Counted from the stretch's first letter, positions 30,961 through 40,962 are shown. The stretch: DNA of 64,000 nt from Gammaproteobacteria bacterium (GCA_016705365.1 JADIYI010000008.1:767700-831699); one strand, 5' to 3'. The notes: generated by a model not told the origin, from the letters alone. Numbers and translations: made by a program.

Positions 30961-32449
30961 GCCATTGCTGCTGGCGCGCGAGGCGCTCGGGCAACTCGGG
31001 CAGCTCGAGCAGTGGATCGAGCACTACGAGCTGCGCCTGCGCGCAACCGAACAGGGTGTGGTGAGCTCGGTTGGCGATGGCATTGCCTGGATCAGCGGGC
31101 TGCCCTCGGCCGCCATCGACGAGATCCTGTTGTTCCAGGACGGCAGCCGGGGCGTGGTCTACCACCTCGGCGAGAGCAGCGTCGGCGCGATCATGCTGCA
31201 GCAGACACAGCAGCTCGCGGCCGGCTGCAAGGTGCATCTCAGCAAGCGGCAGATGAGCATTGCCACGGGAGACACGCTGCTCGGGCGCGTGATCAATCCG
31301 CTCGGCGAGGTGCTCGACGGCGGCGAGGCGCCGCGTGACACGCAGCACCGCCCGCTCGACACACGCTCGCCGGGCATCGTCGAGCGCGATTTCGTGCACG
31401 ATCCGCTCTACATGGGCAGCAAGATCATCGACACGCTGATACCCGTCGGACGCGGCCAGCGCCAGCTGATCATCGGTGACGATGGCCTCGGCCGAAGCTC
31501 GCTCGCGATGGATGCGATCATCAACCAGCGCGGACGCGATGTGTACTGCGTCTACGTTATGATCGGCCAGCGCCGCTCCAGCGTGGTCAGCACCCTGAAT
31601 GCCCTCAAGCATTTCGGCGCCATCGATTACACCACCGTGGTGGTCAGCGAGGCCAGCGCGCTGCCGGGGCTGTCCTATATCGCGCCATTCGCGGGCTGCG
31701 CCATCGCCGAGGCCTGGATGTATCGCGGCAAGGACGTACTGATCGTCTACGACGATCTCAGCACCCACGCACATGCCTATCGCGAGCTGTCGCTGCTGTT
31801 GCGCCGCCCGCCCGGACGCGAGGCCTACCCCGGCGACATTTTCTTCCTGCATTCGCGCCTGCTGGAGCGCGCCACCTGTCTCAACGCGAGCTGCGGCGGG
31901 GGCAGCATCACTGCTCTGCCGATCGTGGAAACCCAGCTCGGCGAGATTGCCTCCTATATCCCGACCAACCTGATCTCGATCACCGATGGCCAGATCTATC
32001 TCAGCCAGGCCCTGTTCCAAGGTGGCTTCCGGCCATCGATCGACATCAGCAAATCGGTATCGCGTATCGGCGGCAAGGCGCAACCCGAGGCGATCAAGAA
32101 CGAGGCGAGCAGGATGAAGCTCGATTACCTGCAATTCCTCGAACTCGAGGTGTTCACGCGTTTTGGTGCGCGCCCCGAAACCGGCCTGCAGAAGAAACTG
32201 CAGCGCGGCCGGATCCTGCGCGAGCTGCTGAAGCAGGACCGGCTGAAACCGGTCAGCGAGTGTTTCAACCTGGGCTGGTTGATCGGCTTCAACGAGGACC
32301 TGTTCGATGGCAAGCCGCTCGAGGAGTTGCAGAGTTGCATGGATGCACTGCAGGAACAGATTGCCGCCAGCGCACTCGGGCTCGATTCCCCGCGCAAGGA
32401 GTGGATCGAGCAGCTCGAGGCGTGGCTCGGCATTCCGGGATCGGGCTGA
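30950..32449 (+). CDS. atpA: N-type ATPase alpha subunit
   Basis: Alpha-type blocks seen: [71 protein letters not shown]. The Walker A reads GDDGLGRSS. Confidence 0.92.
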   Translation: MPSEPLLLAREALGQLGQLEQWIEHYELRLRATEQGVVSSVGDGIAWISGLPSAAIDEILLFQDGSRGVVYHLGESSVGAIMLQQTQQLAAGCKVHLSKRQMSIATGDTLLGRVINPLGEVLDGGEAPRDTQHRPLDTRSPGIVERDFVHDPLYMGSKIIDTLIPVGRGQRQLIIGDDGLGRSSLAMDAIINQRGRDVYCVYVMIGQRRSSVVSTLNALKHFGAIDYTTVVVSEASALPGLSYIAPFAGCAIAEAWMYRGKDVLIVYDDLSTHAHAYRELSLLLRRPPGREAYPGDIFFLHSRLLERATCLNASCGGGSITALPIVETQLGEIASYIPTNLISITDGQIYLSQALFQGGFRPSIDISKSVSRIGGKAQPEAIKNEASRMKLDYLQFLELEVFTRFGARPETGLQKKLQRGRILRELLKQDRLKPVSECFNLGWLIGFNEDLFDGKPLEELQSCMDALQEQIAASALGLDSPRKEWIEQLEAWLGIPGSG

Positions 32450-32451
32450 CC

Positions 32452-33294
32452 GTGTCGCGCCGCCACGTGATCGACCGTCGCCTGCAGATGCTGGCCGACA
32501 TCCGCGGCATCATGGACAGCATCAAGACGCTGGCCCACATGGAAACCCAGCGCCTGGCGCCGGTCCTGCCGGTCCAGCAGCTGTGCGTGCAGCGGGTGCG
32601 GCAAATGGCCGCGGATTTTGCGTCCGAGCACGCGCTGCCCGCACTGAACGGGCGCGCGGAAAACCCGCTGCTGATCGTGATCGGCGCCGAGCGCGGGCTG
32701 TGCGGCGATTTCAACAAGCAGATGCAGGAGGCGCTGGAACACTTGCCCGCGACAGCCGCGCCGCGCGCGATCGTTTGCCTCGGCACGCGTCTGGGGCAGA
32801 AGCTCGAAGGCCGCCCCGGCCTGCTGGCGCAATTGTCGGGTGCCACGATCGCCGACGATGTGCCGGCCGTGATTCGCCAGCTGCTCGAGCGTTGCGCCGC
32901 GCTGCAGAGCGAGCAGCATCTGCCCTCTCTCGCCCTGCTGTATCACGGTGCCGGCGACGAGGGCATCCGGCTCGATCCGTTGCTCTCGCCCTTTCTGGAA
33001 GCGGATCGGGTGGCCCCGCGCGCGCCGCTGCTGCTGAACCTCGAGCCGCAGGTATTCGTGCACGGACTGCTGCAGCAGTACCTGCACACGGTGCTGCTGC
33101 ACGCCTGCTATTCCTCGCTGCTGGCCGAAAACAGAAAGCGCGTGGCGCATCTCGAAAATGCGGTGACGCACCTCGACGAGGAACACGACCGTCTCGAGCA
33201 CAAGCGCAACCGCCTGTACCAGGAGGACATCATCGCGGAGCTGGAAATCATCCTGGTGGCCGATCAGTCGACGGGTGAGTTCGTGCGCCGCTGA
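32452..33294 (+). CDS. atpG: N-type ATPase gamma subunit
   Basis: The GTG at 32452 lies 2 nt after the atpA stop. The N-terminal I..R...I..I.SIKT...M and the C-terminal LYQEDIIAELEIIL (gamma C-terminal helix) fit gamma. The exact start is uncertain; the first ATG is 12 codons downstream. Confidence 0.8.
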   Translation: MSRRHVIDRRLQMLADIRGIMDSIKTLAHMETQRLAPVLPVQQLCVQRVRQMAADFASEHALPALNGRAENPLLIVIGAERGLCGDFNKQMQEALEHLPATAAPRAIVCLGTRLGQKLEGRPGLLAQLSGATIADDVPAVIRQLLERCAALQSEQHLPSLALLYHGAGDEGIRLDPLLSPFLEADRVAPRAPLLLNLEPQVFVHGLLQQYLHTVLLHACYSSLLAENRKRVAHLENAVTHLDEEHDRLEHKRNRLYQEDIIAELEIILVADQSTGEFVRR

Positions 33295-33303
33295 ACGGCT
33301 TGA

Positions 33304-34482
33304 TCAATGCTCCTTGCCATCCACCCTGGCCTTGAGCAGCAACGGGATCAAGCGCAAGGCCAGGATCGTGAAGCCACACAGCCAGCCACAGGCGGCGAGC
33401 AGGATCCACAGCGAATAGGCGGCGGCATCGATTTGCGGGGCAATGACCCGCAGCACGAATGCGAAGATCATGATCCACAGCACCAGTTTGTCCACACCGT
33501 CGAAAGCCACTTTGCGCCCGGTGTGCCCCCTGGCGATCCTGATCAGCATGGCGGGAATGATCAGCCCCATGACGCCAAGCCCGAACACATGCACCGAAAG
33601 CGCGCCGACCCAGTGTGGCGCCGCGAACGCGCCTAGCGCCTCGATCAGCAATTGCAGCACGATGCCGATGTAGCCCAGGTACATGATGCCGAGTTCCAGG
33701 CGCCGCATGGCCAGTTGCGGCTTCCAGAAGATGAACCTTGCCGTCAGCAGCAGCGCGAGCAGCAAGGAGATCCCGCCTGCCAGCGCTGCGGGCAGGAAGC
33801 CGGCTCCGACCAGCAGCAGCGCGAGCAGCTTGATTGTCCGGTCCAGCATCTCGTGGCGCAGGATGCTCGCCTGGAATACGTTCTTCATGAACTGGGTCAG
33901 GGTGCGCTCCAGCATGACCAGAAAGGCCATCCGAAACAGTCCCGTTGCCATGACGACACCCGCCTGGAAATGCCCGGGGTCGAGCAGCAACTGCTTGGCC
34001 AGCAGAAAAGCCGGAAAGATCAGCAGGAAGAAATAGTTGTCGCGGTAGTCGTCCTGCTTGCGATAGCGCAGCAGCGTCCATGCCAGCATGGCAGTGATCG
34101 AACCCAGGAACAGATTGTTCGACAGCTCGAACAGCCAGCTGGGCCAGCCCCCGCCGGACCACATCCCGATGCGTTCAAAGAGCCAGGCCGCCACCAGGTA
34201 CATCAGCGCCACGCCGTGATAGCCGCGGACCTGGACCCAGTTCTTGGTCGCGGTCAGCAGAAAGCCGCCGAGGACGGCCCAGCCGAAGCCGAAAAACATT
34301 TCGTGGGCATGCCACTGCACGGCGGCAAAGGAGGTGTCGGGCGCCGGCAGCAGGCCGCGATAGATCAGCACCCAGAGCAGTGGCAGAGCGAGACCGGAAA
34401 AACAGGCCAGGGCAAAGAAAGGACGGAAACCGACCAGCCAGAGGGGGTGCATTGATAAATTCATGTCCGCATTGCCATCCAT
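33304..34482 (-). CDS. NnrS family membrane protein
   Basis: About 12 TM segments. The N-terminal LW..GFRPFF pattern and conserved His residues are typical of NnrS. Its ATG directly abuts the DUF2164 stop (TAGATG). Confidence 0.8.
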   Translation of the reverse strand: MDGNADMNLSMHPLWLVGFRPFFALACFSGLALPLLWVLIYRGLLPAPDTSFAAVQWHAHEMFFGFGWAVLGGFLLTATKNWVQVRGYHGVALMYLVAAWLFERIGMWSGGGWPSWLFELSNNLFLGSITAMLAWTLLRYRKQDDYRDNYFFLLIFPAFLLAKQLLLDPGHFQAGVVMATGLFRMAFLVMLERTLTQFMKNVFQASILRHEMLDRTIKLLALLLVGAGFLPAALAGGISLLLALLLTARFIFWKPQLAMRRLELGIMYLGYIGIVLQLLIEALGAFAAPHWVGALSVHVFGLGVMGLIIPAMLIRIARGHTGRKVAFDGVDKLVLWIMIFAFVLRVIAPQIDAAAYSLWILLAACGWLCGFTILALRLIPLLLKARVDGKEH

Positions 34483-34755
34483 CTATTTGCCTTTTTTCCT
34501 GCGCTCCAGGTCGCGCCAGTACTGGAACTCGCTTTCATAGATTTCCGCGTCGAGCTCCATGACGCGCAACTGCAGCCGTTCCTGGGCGTCGGCGACCGCC
34601 TTGTTGTAGATAACCGGGCCCAGCTCCGCAATAAAATAGTCGAGCAGCGCGTCGGCGCCGAGGCGACCGATTTTCTCGTCCATGTTTTCATCGAAGTAAC
34701 GCTCGATCGAATCGAGCGCCGCCTTGCGTGCTTCCCTGGAAATCTCGATGCTCAT
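34483..34755 (-). CDS. DUF2164 domain protein
   Basis: 90 aa. SIERYFDENMDEKIG.LGADALLDYF...LGPVIYN.AV.DA matches my recollection of DUF2164. Confidence 0.75.
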   Translation of the reverse strand: MSIEISREARKAALDSIERYFDENMDEKIGRLGADALLDYFIAELGPVIYNKAVADAQERLQLRVMELDAEIYESEFQYWRDLERRKKGK

Positions 34756-34806
34756 GTCGGGTCCGCTTGTCCGGGCTGGTTCGGCTTGCGCAGCGCGCGT
34801 GCGCCC

Positions 34807-35685
34807 TCAGGCTCTCTGCCACACGAGCGGGCAGTCCGGCCCATCGAGCACATCGCCTTCGTTGACCAATTCGTGATGCGGCTTGAGTGGCGCTCCCGGC
34901 CGGATATGGTAGCGCACATCGTCACCGCAATAACGCACGCTGATCGCACGCCGGCGCCGGTCGCGGCTCAGGTTGCCGCCGGCCGCATGCAGTGTGCGCG
35001 CATGATGCACCGTCATGTCGCCGGGACCCAGATCGAACTGCAGCAGCTCGACTTCGCCCTCGGCAGCCATCCGGTCGATATCGGGAACCTGTTCGCCGAC
35101 GGTGCCGACCATCGGCATGTTCGAGACGAACATGTTTGGCCGGTACAGGTCCGACCAGCGGTGCGAACCGCGCGCAAAGCACATCGCGCCGGTCTCGGCG
35201 TCGGCCGGATCGAGCGGTATCCACGTAGTGCACACCTGTTCGCCGCTGACATGAAAATAGGACAGGTCCTGGTGCCATGCGGTGCGCTCGCGGGTGCCCG
35301 GTTCCTTGACCAGCACACTGTCTTCCCACAGGTTCAGCCTGTTGGTGCGCAACAGCGCCGCGACGATTGCCGGTACGCCGGATGTGCAGGCGAAGGCGGC
35401 GAATTGCGGATCGATGCGCCAATGATCGATGCCGGAGATGAAACGGCCGCCACCGGTGCGCGTGTCCGCCAGAATGGTCTCGCCGGCGCGCGCGAGATCC
35501 TCGCCCATGGCCGTCATGTCGTACATCGTGGTACCGATGGATTCCGCGATCAGGCGCTCCACGGCGCCAGTCATCGACATCACGTAATCGATGTCGAGCA
35601 CGCTGCGCAGGCACACCACGCCGTCGCGCCAGAAAGCATCGATTTCCTCGGCGTCGGGCAGACGGCGCAGTCCCGGGTGACTCAT
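34807..35685 (-). CDS. Phytanoyl-CoA dioxygenase (PhyH) family Fe(II)/2-oxoglutarate oxygenase
   Basis: HxD facial-triad context WHQDLSYF and distal His HHARTLHAAG.N. The ATG at 35685 has a GGAG RBS; the ORF-track start at 35727 is a TTG. Confidence 0.8.
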   Translation of the reverse strand: MSHPGLRRLPDAEEIDAFWRDGVVCLRSVLDIDYVMSMTGAVERLIAESIGTTMYDMTAMGEDLARAGETILADTRTGGGRFISGIDHWRIDPQFAAFACTSGVPAIVAALLRTNRLNLWEDSVLVKEPGTRERTAWHQDLSYFHVSGEQVCTTWIPLDPADAETGAMCFARGSHRWSDLYRPNMFVSNMPMVGTVGEQVPDIDRMAAEGEVELLQFDLGPGDMTVHHARTLHAAGGNLSRDRRRRAISVRYCGDDVRYHIRPGAPLKPHHELVNEGDVLDGPDCPLVWQRA

Positions 35686-35887
35686 GCGGCATATGCTCCA
35701 TAGGCTGGCGGTGAAAGTGAGGGACAATGGTACGGGCTGCGAGGGGGGCTTGTGTACTCCAGGCGAGGTGCACGGACGGGTGTCGGCCGCTTAGACACTG
35801 GATCGGAACGGGAACATGCTATTCGCAAAGCAGTCCGAATGACGCCGTTCAGGGTGTGTTTGCGGGTATCGACGCAGCCATGTCGCG

Positions 35888-36694
35888 TCAGAACGACGGT
35901 GCATCGAGCGCGTCACGCCATTCCTGGCGGCGCAGGGCCGCGGCGCGCACGTCTTCGATCTCCTTCAGCACCGCGTCCACGTCGGCTGCCACGGTAATCC
36001 GTTCGACGCGACCGGTGAGCGGCGTCTCCGGCGTCAGCTGGCCGGCTTCGAAGAACTGCCAGATTTCCTTGCCATAGTCGGTACCGATCAGCTCGGGCGC
36101 GAACTGGCCGAAATAATTGGCGAGGTTATCGATATCGCGCTCGAGCATGCGCGCGGCGTGGTTGTTGCCGGCGGCGTCGACGGCTTGCGGCAGGTCGATG
36201 ATCACCGGCCCGTCGGCGCTCAGCAGGATATTGAATTCGGAGAGGTCGCCGTGTACCAGGCCCGCACACAGCATGCGCACGGCCTGGTTGAGCAGCATCT
36301 CGTGGTAGACGAGGGCCTGCTCGGGCATGAGTTCCACGTCCGAGAGCCGTGGCGCCGCATCGCCATCGGCGTCGGCCACCATCTCCATCAGCAGCACGCC
36401 GTCATGGAAACCGAACGGTCTGGGCACGCGTACACCGGCGGCAGCGAGCCGGTACAGCGCATCGACCTCGGCGCTCTGCCAGGCGGATTCCTTTTCCTGG
36501 CGGCCGTAGCGTGAGCCTTTTTCCATGGCGCGCTGGCGGCGGCTGTTCTTCACCTTGCGGCCTTCCTGGTACTCGACCGCCTGGCGGAAGCTGCGCTTGT
36601 TGGCTTCCTTGTAGACTTTTGCGCAACGGATCTCCCGGCCGCAGCGCACCAGGTAGACGGCAGCTTCCTTGCCGCTCTTGAGCTGACGGATCAC
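35888..36694 (-). CDS. RIO1-like (PA4780-family) atypical protein kinase; true start probably upstream of 36694
   Basis: SGKEAAVYLV.CG...CAKVYK (P-loop/Lys), LVHGDLSEFNIL (catalytic loop) and IDLPQAV (metal-binding). The conserved-looking in-frame N-terminal extension has no canonical start codon; see findings. Confidence 0.8.
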   Translation of the reverse strand: MIRQLKSGKEAAVYLVRCGREIRCAKVYKEANKRSFRQAVEYQEGRKVKNSRRQRAMEKGSRYGRQEKESAWQSAEVDALYRLAAAGVRVPRPFGFHDGVLLMEMVADADGDAAPRLSDVELMPEQALVYHEMLLNQAVRMLCAGLVHGDLSEFNILLSADGPVIIDLPQAVDAAGNNHAARMLERDIDNLANYFGQFAPELIGTDYGKEIWQFFEAGQLTPETPLTGRVERITVAADVDAVLKEIEDVRAAALRRQEWRDALDAPSF

Positions 36695-36948
36695 GTCATC
36701 GACGAGACCATCCTCCAGCAGAGGCTTGAGCCGATCGGGAATTCGGGTGGAGGCGATGAGCGTGATCTGCCTTGCTGGATCGAGTGGCGATTATAGGTGA
36801 TGGACCGGATCCGGTAAGCCGGAGTGGTCAAAATACGGCGGAAGATTTCCCGGTGCGCAGGCATTCCCTGTCCGCAGCTATCGCGGTGGCGCCGTTTCGG
36901 CGCAAAATGGCTGCCGAACCAACCGCCGTGCAAGGATTCCGATTCCCG

Positions 36949-37191
36949 ATGTCCGATACGCCACCCGATCGCCTCTCCGTCAACCCGAAAAGCAGGTTCC
37001 ATGATGCCGATTTGCTTGCCCGTGGCATCGGTATCCGTTTCAACGGCAAGGAAAAAACCAACGTCGAGGAGTACTGCGTCAGCGAAGGCTGGGTGCGCAT
37101 GCCCGCCGGAAAGGCGCTTGACCGCTTCGGCAACCCGATGACCATCAAGATGAAAGGGCAGGTCGAGGCCTACTTCCGCGCAGCGGAATAA
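36949..37191 (+). CDS. DUF3297 family protein
   Basis: 80 aa. MSDTPPDRLSVNPKS.F.DADLL.RGIGIRFNG.EKTNVEEYCVSEGWVR...GKALDRFGNPMTIK.KG.VE matches the family as I recall it. Confidence 0.8.
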   Translation: MSDTPPDRLSVNPKSRFHDADLLARGIGIRFNGKEKTNVEEYCVSEGWVRMPAGKALDRFGNPMTIKMKGQVEAYFRAAE

Positions 37192-37215
37192 TCCTGGTCC
37201 TGACGCGCCGCCACC

Positions 37216-38523
37216 GTGAGCGACCGGCACGCATTCGAAACCACACCGGACAGCTACGCGCACCTGCTGCTGGGCACGCTGGTGCGTCGCATACCTGCCG
37301 TATTTTCCGTCGATGATCGTGCCCCATCGCTGCTCTGGGCGCTGTCGGGCGCGATGTCGCTCACCGGTCAGGCCGACGGTACGCCGCTGCCCTGCGCTGC
37401 CCCGTTGGCGGCCTGCGCGCAGGGCGCCTGGCTTGCGCTCGCGAGTCTTTGTCCGCAACGATTTGCAGCGGATTTCCCCGCGTACCGGTTGCTCGGGGAA
37501 CGTGCGGCAATTGCCGGCTACCAACGACGCGGACGGATATCGGCCGGCGGCGCGTGTCGACTGATCGACACCGCCGATGGCTGTATCGCGCTCAATCTGG
37601 CGCGCGATGATGACTGGCAACTGGTGCCGGCCTGGCTGGAGCAACCGGCAGCGGATTGGGACGCAGTTGCGAGGATCCTGCATGCGCGCAGCACTGCCAG
37701 CCTGGTGCAGCGTGCCCGGTTGCTGGGCCTGGCGGTGGCAGCCGAGGAGGTGCCGCAGCACCGCAGGCGATGGTACGACAGCGAGCGTCTTGCCGCCTCG
37801 GCAACGCCGCGATTGCGCCGTGAGGCGCCGCTGGTCATCGATCTCTGCGCATTGTGGGCCGGACCGCTGTGCGGGCAATTGCTGGTGCAGGCCGGTGCGC
37901 GCGTCATCAAGGTGGAGAGTGTTTCGCGTCTCGATGGAGCCCGCGGTGGCCCCCCGGAGTTCTACGATCTGCTGAATGCGGGCAAGGAAAGCGTTGTTGT
38001 GGATTTGAGCTCGGCAGACCATCGTGCGCGGCTCCTCGCGTTGCTGCTGAAAGCGGATATCGTGCTCGAATCGGCGCGGCCCAGGGGCCTCGAACAGCTT
38101 GGCATCCGTGCGGCCGAAATCGTTGCGTCCCGGCCCGGTATCAGTTGGGTGTCGATCACCGGTTACGGGCGCCAGGCGCCGATGCGCGACTGGATTGCCT
38201 ACGGCGATGACGCCGGAGTCGCGGCCGGCCTTGGCTGGCTGCTGCGTCGCGACGGTGCCCGGAGCGTCTTTTGCGGCGATGCGATTGCCGATCCGCTCAC
38301 TGGCCTGCATGCGGCACTGCTGGCTTATGCCAGCTGGCTCGATGGTGGTGGCCGGCTGCTCGATATCTCCCTGCATGGAGTTGCCGCGTACGGCGCTGCG
38401 CTGCACGACACGACACATGCAGTAGCCGGGCACGCGGCGCAGCCACCGCAGGCAAGAGCCGTGAGCGCACGCGCGGCGACGCCAGGCCGTGATACCGCAC
38501 GCGTGTTGCGCGAATTCTGCTGA
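37216..38523 (+). CDS. CoA-transferase family III (CaiB/BaiF)-related protein with atypical architecture
   Basis: GTG start. The canonical N-terminal motif of the family (VIDL...WAGPLCGQLL.QAGARVIKVES) appears only at about aa 215. Then follow NAGKESVVVDL, ADIVLESARPRGLEQLG, ITGYG, GDDAGVAAGL and a C-terminal G.DTARVLREF. Confidence 0.7.
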   Translation: MSDRHAFETTPDSYAHLLLGTLVRRIPAVFSVDDRAPSLLWALSGAMSLTGQADGTPLPCAAPLAACAQGAWLALASLCPQRFAADFPAYRLLGERAAIAGYQRRGRISAGGACRLIDTADGCIALNLARDDDWQLVPAWLEQPAADWDAVARILHARSTASLVQRARLLGLAVAAEEVPQHRRRWYDSERLAASATPRLRREAPLVIDLCALWAGPLCGQLLVQAGARVIKVESVSRLDGARGGPPEFYDLLNAGKESVVVDLSSADHRARLLALLLKADIVLESARPRGLEQLGIRAAEIVASRPGISWVSITGYGRQAPMRDWIAYGDDAGVAAGLGWLLRRDGARSVFCGDAIADPLTGLHAALLAYASWLDGGGRLLDISLHGVAAYGAALHDTTHAVAGHAAQPPQARAVSARAATPGRDTARVLREFC

Positions 38524-38530
38524 GCGGCGC

Positions 38531-40027
38531 ATGGACCTTGGCCCGATCGCAAATCCCGCGCTGCCGACTGCAGGAAGCCGGTTCCTGATCCGCAACGTCG
38601 CGCTGGCGGGATCGGGTCCGTGTGATCTGCGTATCAGTGATGGCCGGGTTGCAGCGATTGACCGGCATCTCGAGCCCGCGCCGGGAGAATGGTTGATCGC
38701 TGCGCGCGGCGGAGCATTGATTCATGGCTTGCACGATCATCATCTGCACTTGTTCGCGACCGCCGCCGCGCAACAATCGGTGGTTTGCGGGCCACCGCAG
38801 GTTGGCAACGAGCAGGAGCTCGAGGCGGCACTGCTGGCGGGGATTGTCACTGCCGGCCAGTGGCTGCGCGGAGTCGGATTCCATGACAGCGTATCGTCGC
38901 GGTTGGACCGCGATTGGCTCGACGCCGTGTGTCCGGCGCCGGCGGTACGGATCCAGCATCGCAGCGGGATGATGTGGGTGCTGAATAGCCGCGCGCTCGC
39001 GGCGCTCGGAATCGATCGGCACCGGGAGCTGCCCGACGGCGTCGAACGCAGAGCCGACGGCGAGCTTACAGGCCGGATCTTCGCGCTCGATGCGTGGTTG
39101 CGCGAGCGTATCCAATCGTCTTTTCCCGGGCTGCATCGCTTGTCGGCGGAGCTTGCCCGTTGCGGCGTCACCGGTGTCACGGATGCCGGTGCGCGCAATG
39201 GCCCGGCGGAGTGGGCCGCGTTTGCCGCCTCGCGTTCGCGCGGCGAACTGATGCAACGGCTGCTGGTCATGGGTAGCGAGCAGTTGCTCACGCAGGTTGC
39301 CGACGCCAACTCGTGGCAACGTATCGGGCCGCTCAAGATCTATTTGCGTGAAGCGGAACTGCCCGGGCTCGCGGCGCTGGAGCGCCGAATTGCCGGCACG
39401 CATCGGCAGGGGCGCAACGTGGCATTTCACTGCGTCACTCGCACCGAGCTGGTGTATGCGCTGGCGGCGCTGCGTGGCGCGGGCGCCAGCGACGGCGATC
39501 GTGTCGAGCACGCTGCCATCGCCGACGATCACGCACTTGAAGCAATGGCCGAACTGGGGGTGACGGTTGTGACCCAGCCCCACTTCATCGCCGAGCGCGG
39601 CGCGCAGTACCTGGCGGATGTGGACCCTGGTGATCACGAGCTGCTGTACCGCTGCGCCGGCTTCCTGCGCCACGGCGTGCCGCTCGCGGCCGGCAGTGAT
39701 GCGCCCTACGGCGGTCTCGACCCATGGGCGGCGATGCGCGCGGCGGTCGGCCGCGGTACCGCGGAAGGAGTACGTATCGGTTGCGATGAAGCGCTGACGC
39801 CGGAGCAGGCATTGGATCTTTACACGGGCGATCCGCTGCGGCCTGGCCGGGCACGTCCGCTGATCGCGGTGGGAAGCCCCGCCGATCTTTGCCTGCTCGA
39901 TGCGCCGTGGGAACTGGTGCGCGAGGATCTCGACAGCGGCCATGTGGCGGCGACGTTCTGCGCCGGCAAGGCACTTTTTGCAAGTCCCGCGCTTGCTTCG
40001 GCGTGCGAGACGTTGCGCAGCCAGTAG
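38531..40027 (+). CDS. Amidohydrolase-family metallo-hydrolase (YtcJ-like)
   Basis: N-terminal beta-sandwich (I.DGR..AI) then HGLHDHHLHL (HxH metal ligands). A central insertion and a distal FHCV/His and GSDAPY Asp motif follow. It starts 8 nt after the CoA-transferase stop. Confidence 0.85.
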   Translation: MDLGPIANPALPTAGSRFLIRNVALAGSGPCDLRISDGRVAAIDRHLEPAPGEWLIAARGGALIHGLHDHHLHLFATAAAQQSVVCGPPQVGNEQELEAALLAGIVTAGQWLRGVGFHDSVSSRLDRDWLDAVCPAPAVRIQHRSGMMWVLNSRALAALGIDRHRELPDGVERRADGELTGRIFALDAWLRERIQSSFPGLHRLSAELARCGVTGVTDAGARNGPAEWAAFAASRSRGELMQRLLVMGSEQLLTQVADANSWQRIGPLKIYLREAELPGLAALERRIAGTHRQGRNVAFHCVTRTELVYALAALRGAGASDGDRVEHAAIADDHALEAMAELGVTVVTQPHFIAERGAQYLADVDPGDHELLYRCAGFLRHGVPLAAGSDAPYGGLDPWAAMRAAVGRGTAEGVRIGCDEALTPEQALDLYTGDPLRPGRARPLIAVGSPADLCLLDAPWELVREDLDSGHVAATFCAGKALFASPALASACETLRSQ

Positions 40028-40292
40028 ATTTTGCCGCGCCCTTGACGGCTGTCCGATCCCTGGCGCCAGGCACGCAACAGGCCCGGGCAATTGCGCGGCC
40101 GATACCGGCGCCCGGCGCAGCGTCGGGCAGCAACAGCGCAGTCCGGCCCTGGCCGAATCCGGCGATGCGTCTCGCAGTTGCCGCTGAGGGCGCGAGCGGA
40201 TCTGACGATGTCCGATCTGTACCTGCATCTGCATCTGCTGGTATGTGATGTTATGATCGTCCGGGCATGTTCATTTCACGAGGATCACAGGT

Positions 40293-40703
40293 ATGCAAAA
40301 GTCGACCGGAATATTTATTTGTGCATTGTTCGCCCTTGGCCTTGCAGGCTGCGGCAAGGAAGAGTCCAGCGGCGCGGCACCGGCCGTGACGGCTCCCGTG
40401 ACCAATGCCGCAAACCATGCAATGGATGCCGCATCCGATGCAGCGGACAAAGCGGGCGATGCGATGGATGACGCGATGGATGACGCGAGTGATGCCATGG
40501 ACGAGATGGGCGATGCGGCCGGCGAGGCGATGGATGAGGCGTCCGACGCGGCAAGTGATGCCGCCGATGCGGCAGGCGAAGCTGCCGACGATGCAGTTGA
40601 TGCAGCGGGCGAGGCTGTCGACGATGCAGTCGATGCGGGCGAGGCTGCGGCCGAAGAGGCCAGGAAAAACGCTGCCGAGTCGATGAAGGATATGACCAAG
40701 TAA
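40293..40703 (+). CDS. Lipoprotein with acidic Ala/Asp-rich low-complexity repeat
   Basis: Signal peptide plus lipobox LGLAGC (Cys20). By hand count, residues 43-121 contain 30 Ala, 21 Asp, 8 Glu and a single Lys. Confidence 0.75.
   Translation: MQKSTGIFICALFALGLAGCGKEESSGAAPAVTAPVTNAANHAMDAASDAADKAGDAMDDAMDDASDAMDEMGDAAGEAMDEASDAASDAADAAGEAADDAVDAAGEAVDDAVDAGEAAAEEARKNAAESMKDMTK
40419..40655 (+). repeat. Degenerate in-frame GAT/GCN-rich tandem repeat encoding (D-A-x-x)n / DAAGEAxDDAV units
   Basis: Direct reading shows ...GATGCGATGGATGACGCGATGGATGACGCGAGTGATGCC... and GATGCAGTTGATGCAGCGGGCGAGGCTGTCGACGATGCAGTCGATGCGGGCGAGGCT. Confidence 0.7.
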
Positions 40704-40962
40704 CGGACGGCTATCGCTCTGGAGGCAAGCGCCGCGTTCTGCTCCAGGGGACGGCGCAAGCTCCTGACCCTGGCTCTGATCCATCCCCGAGAGTGGATCC
40801 GCAGGCATGGTGCGAGGCCTTGGTGCCGATGATTTGTGTCGGGAACGCAGCTGGAATACAAGACCCCGCGGGGAAATACAGCTCGCCGCCTGGTGGCGGT
40901 ACAGAATTCCTGACGCCCCTTCCCTGCGCTTACCCGGCACGTGCCAGGCTGCCAGGCACGAC

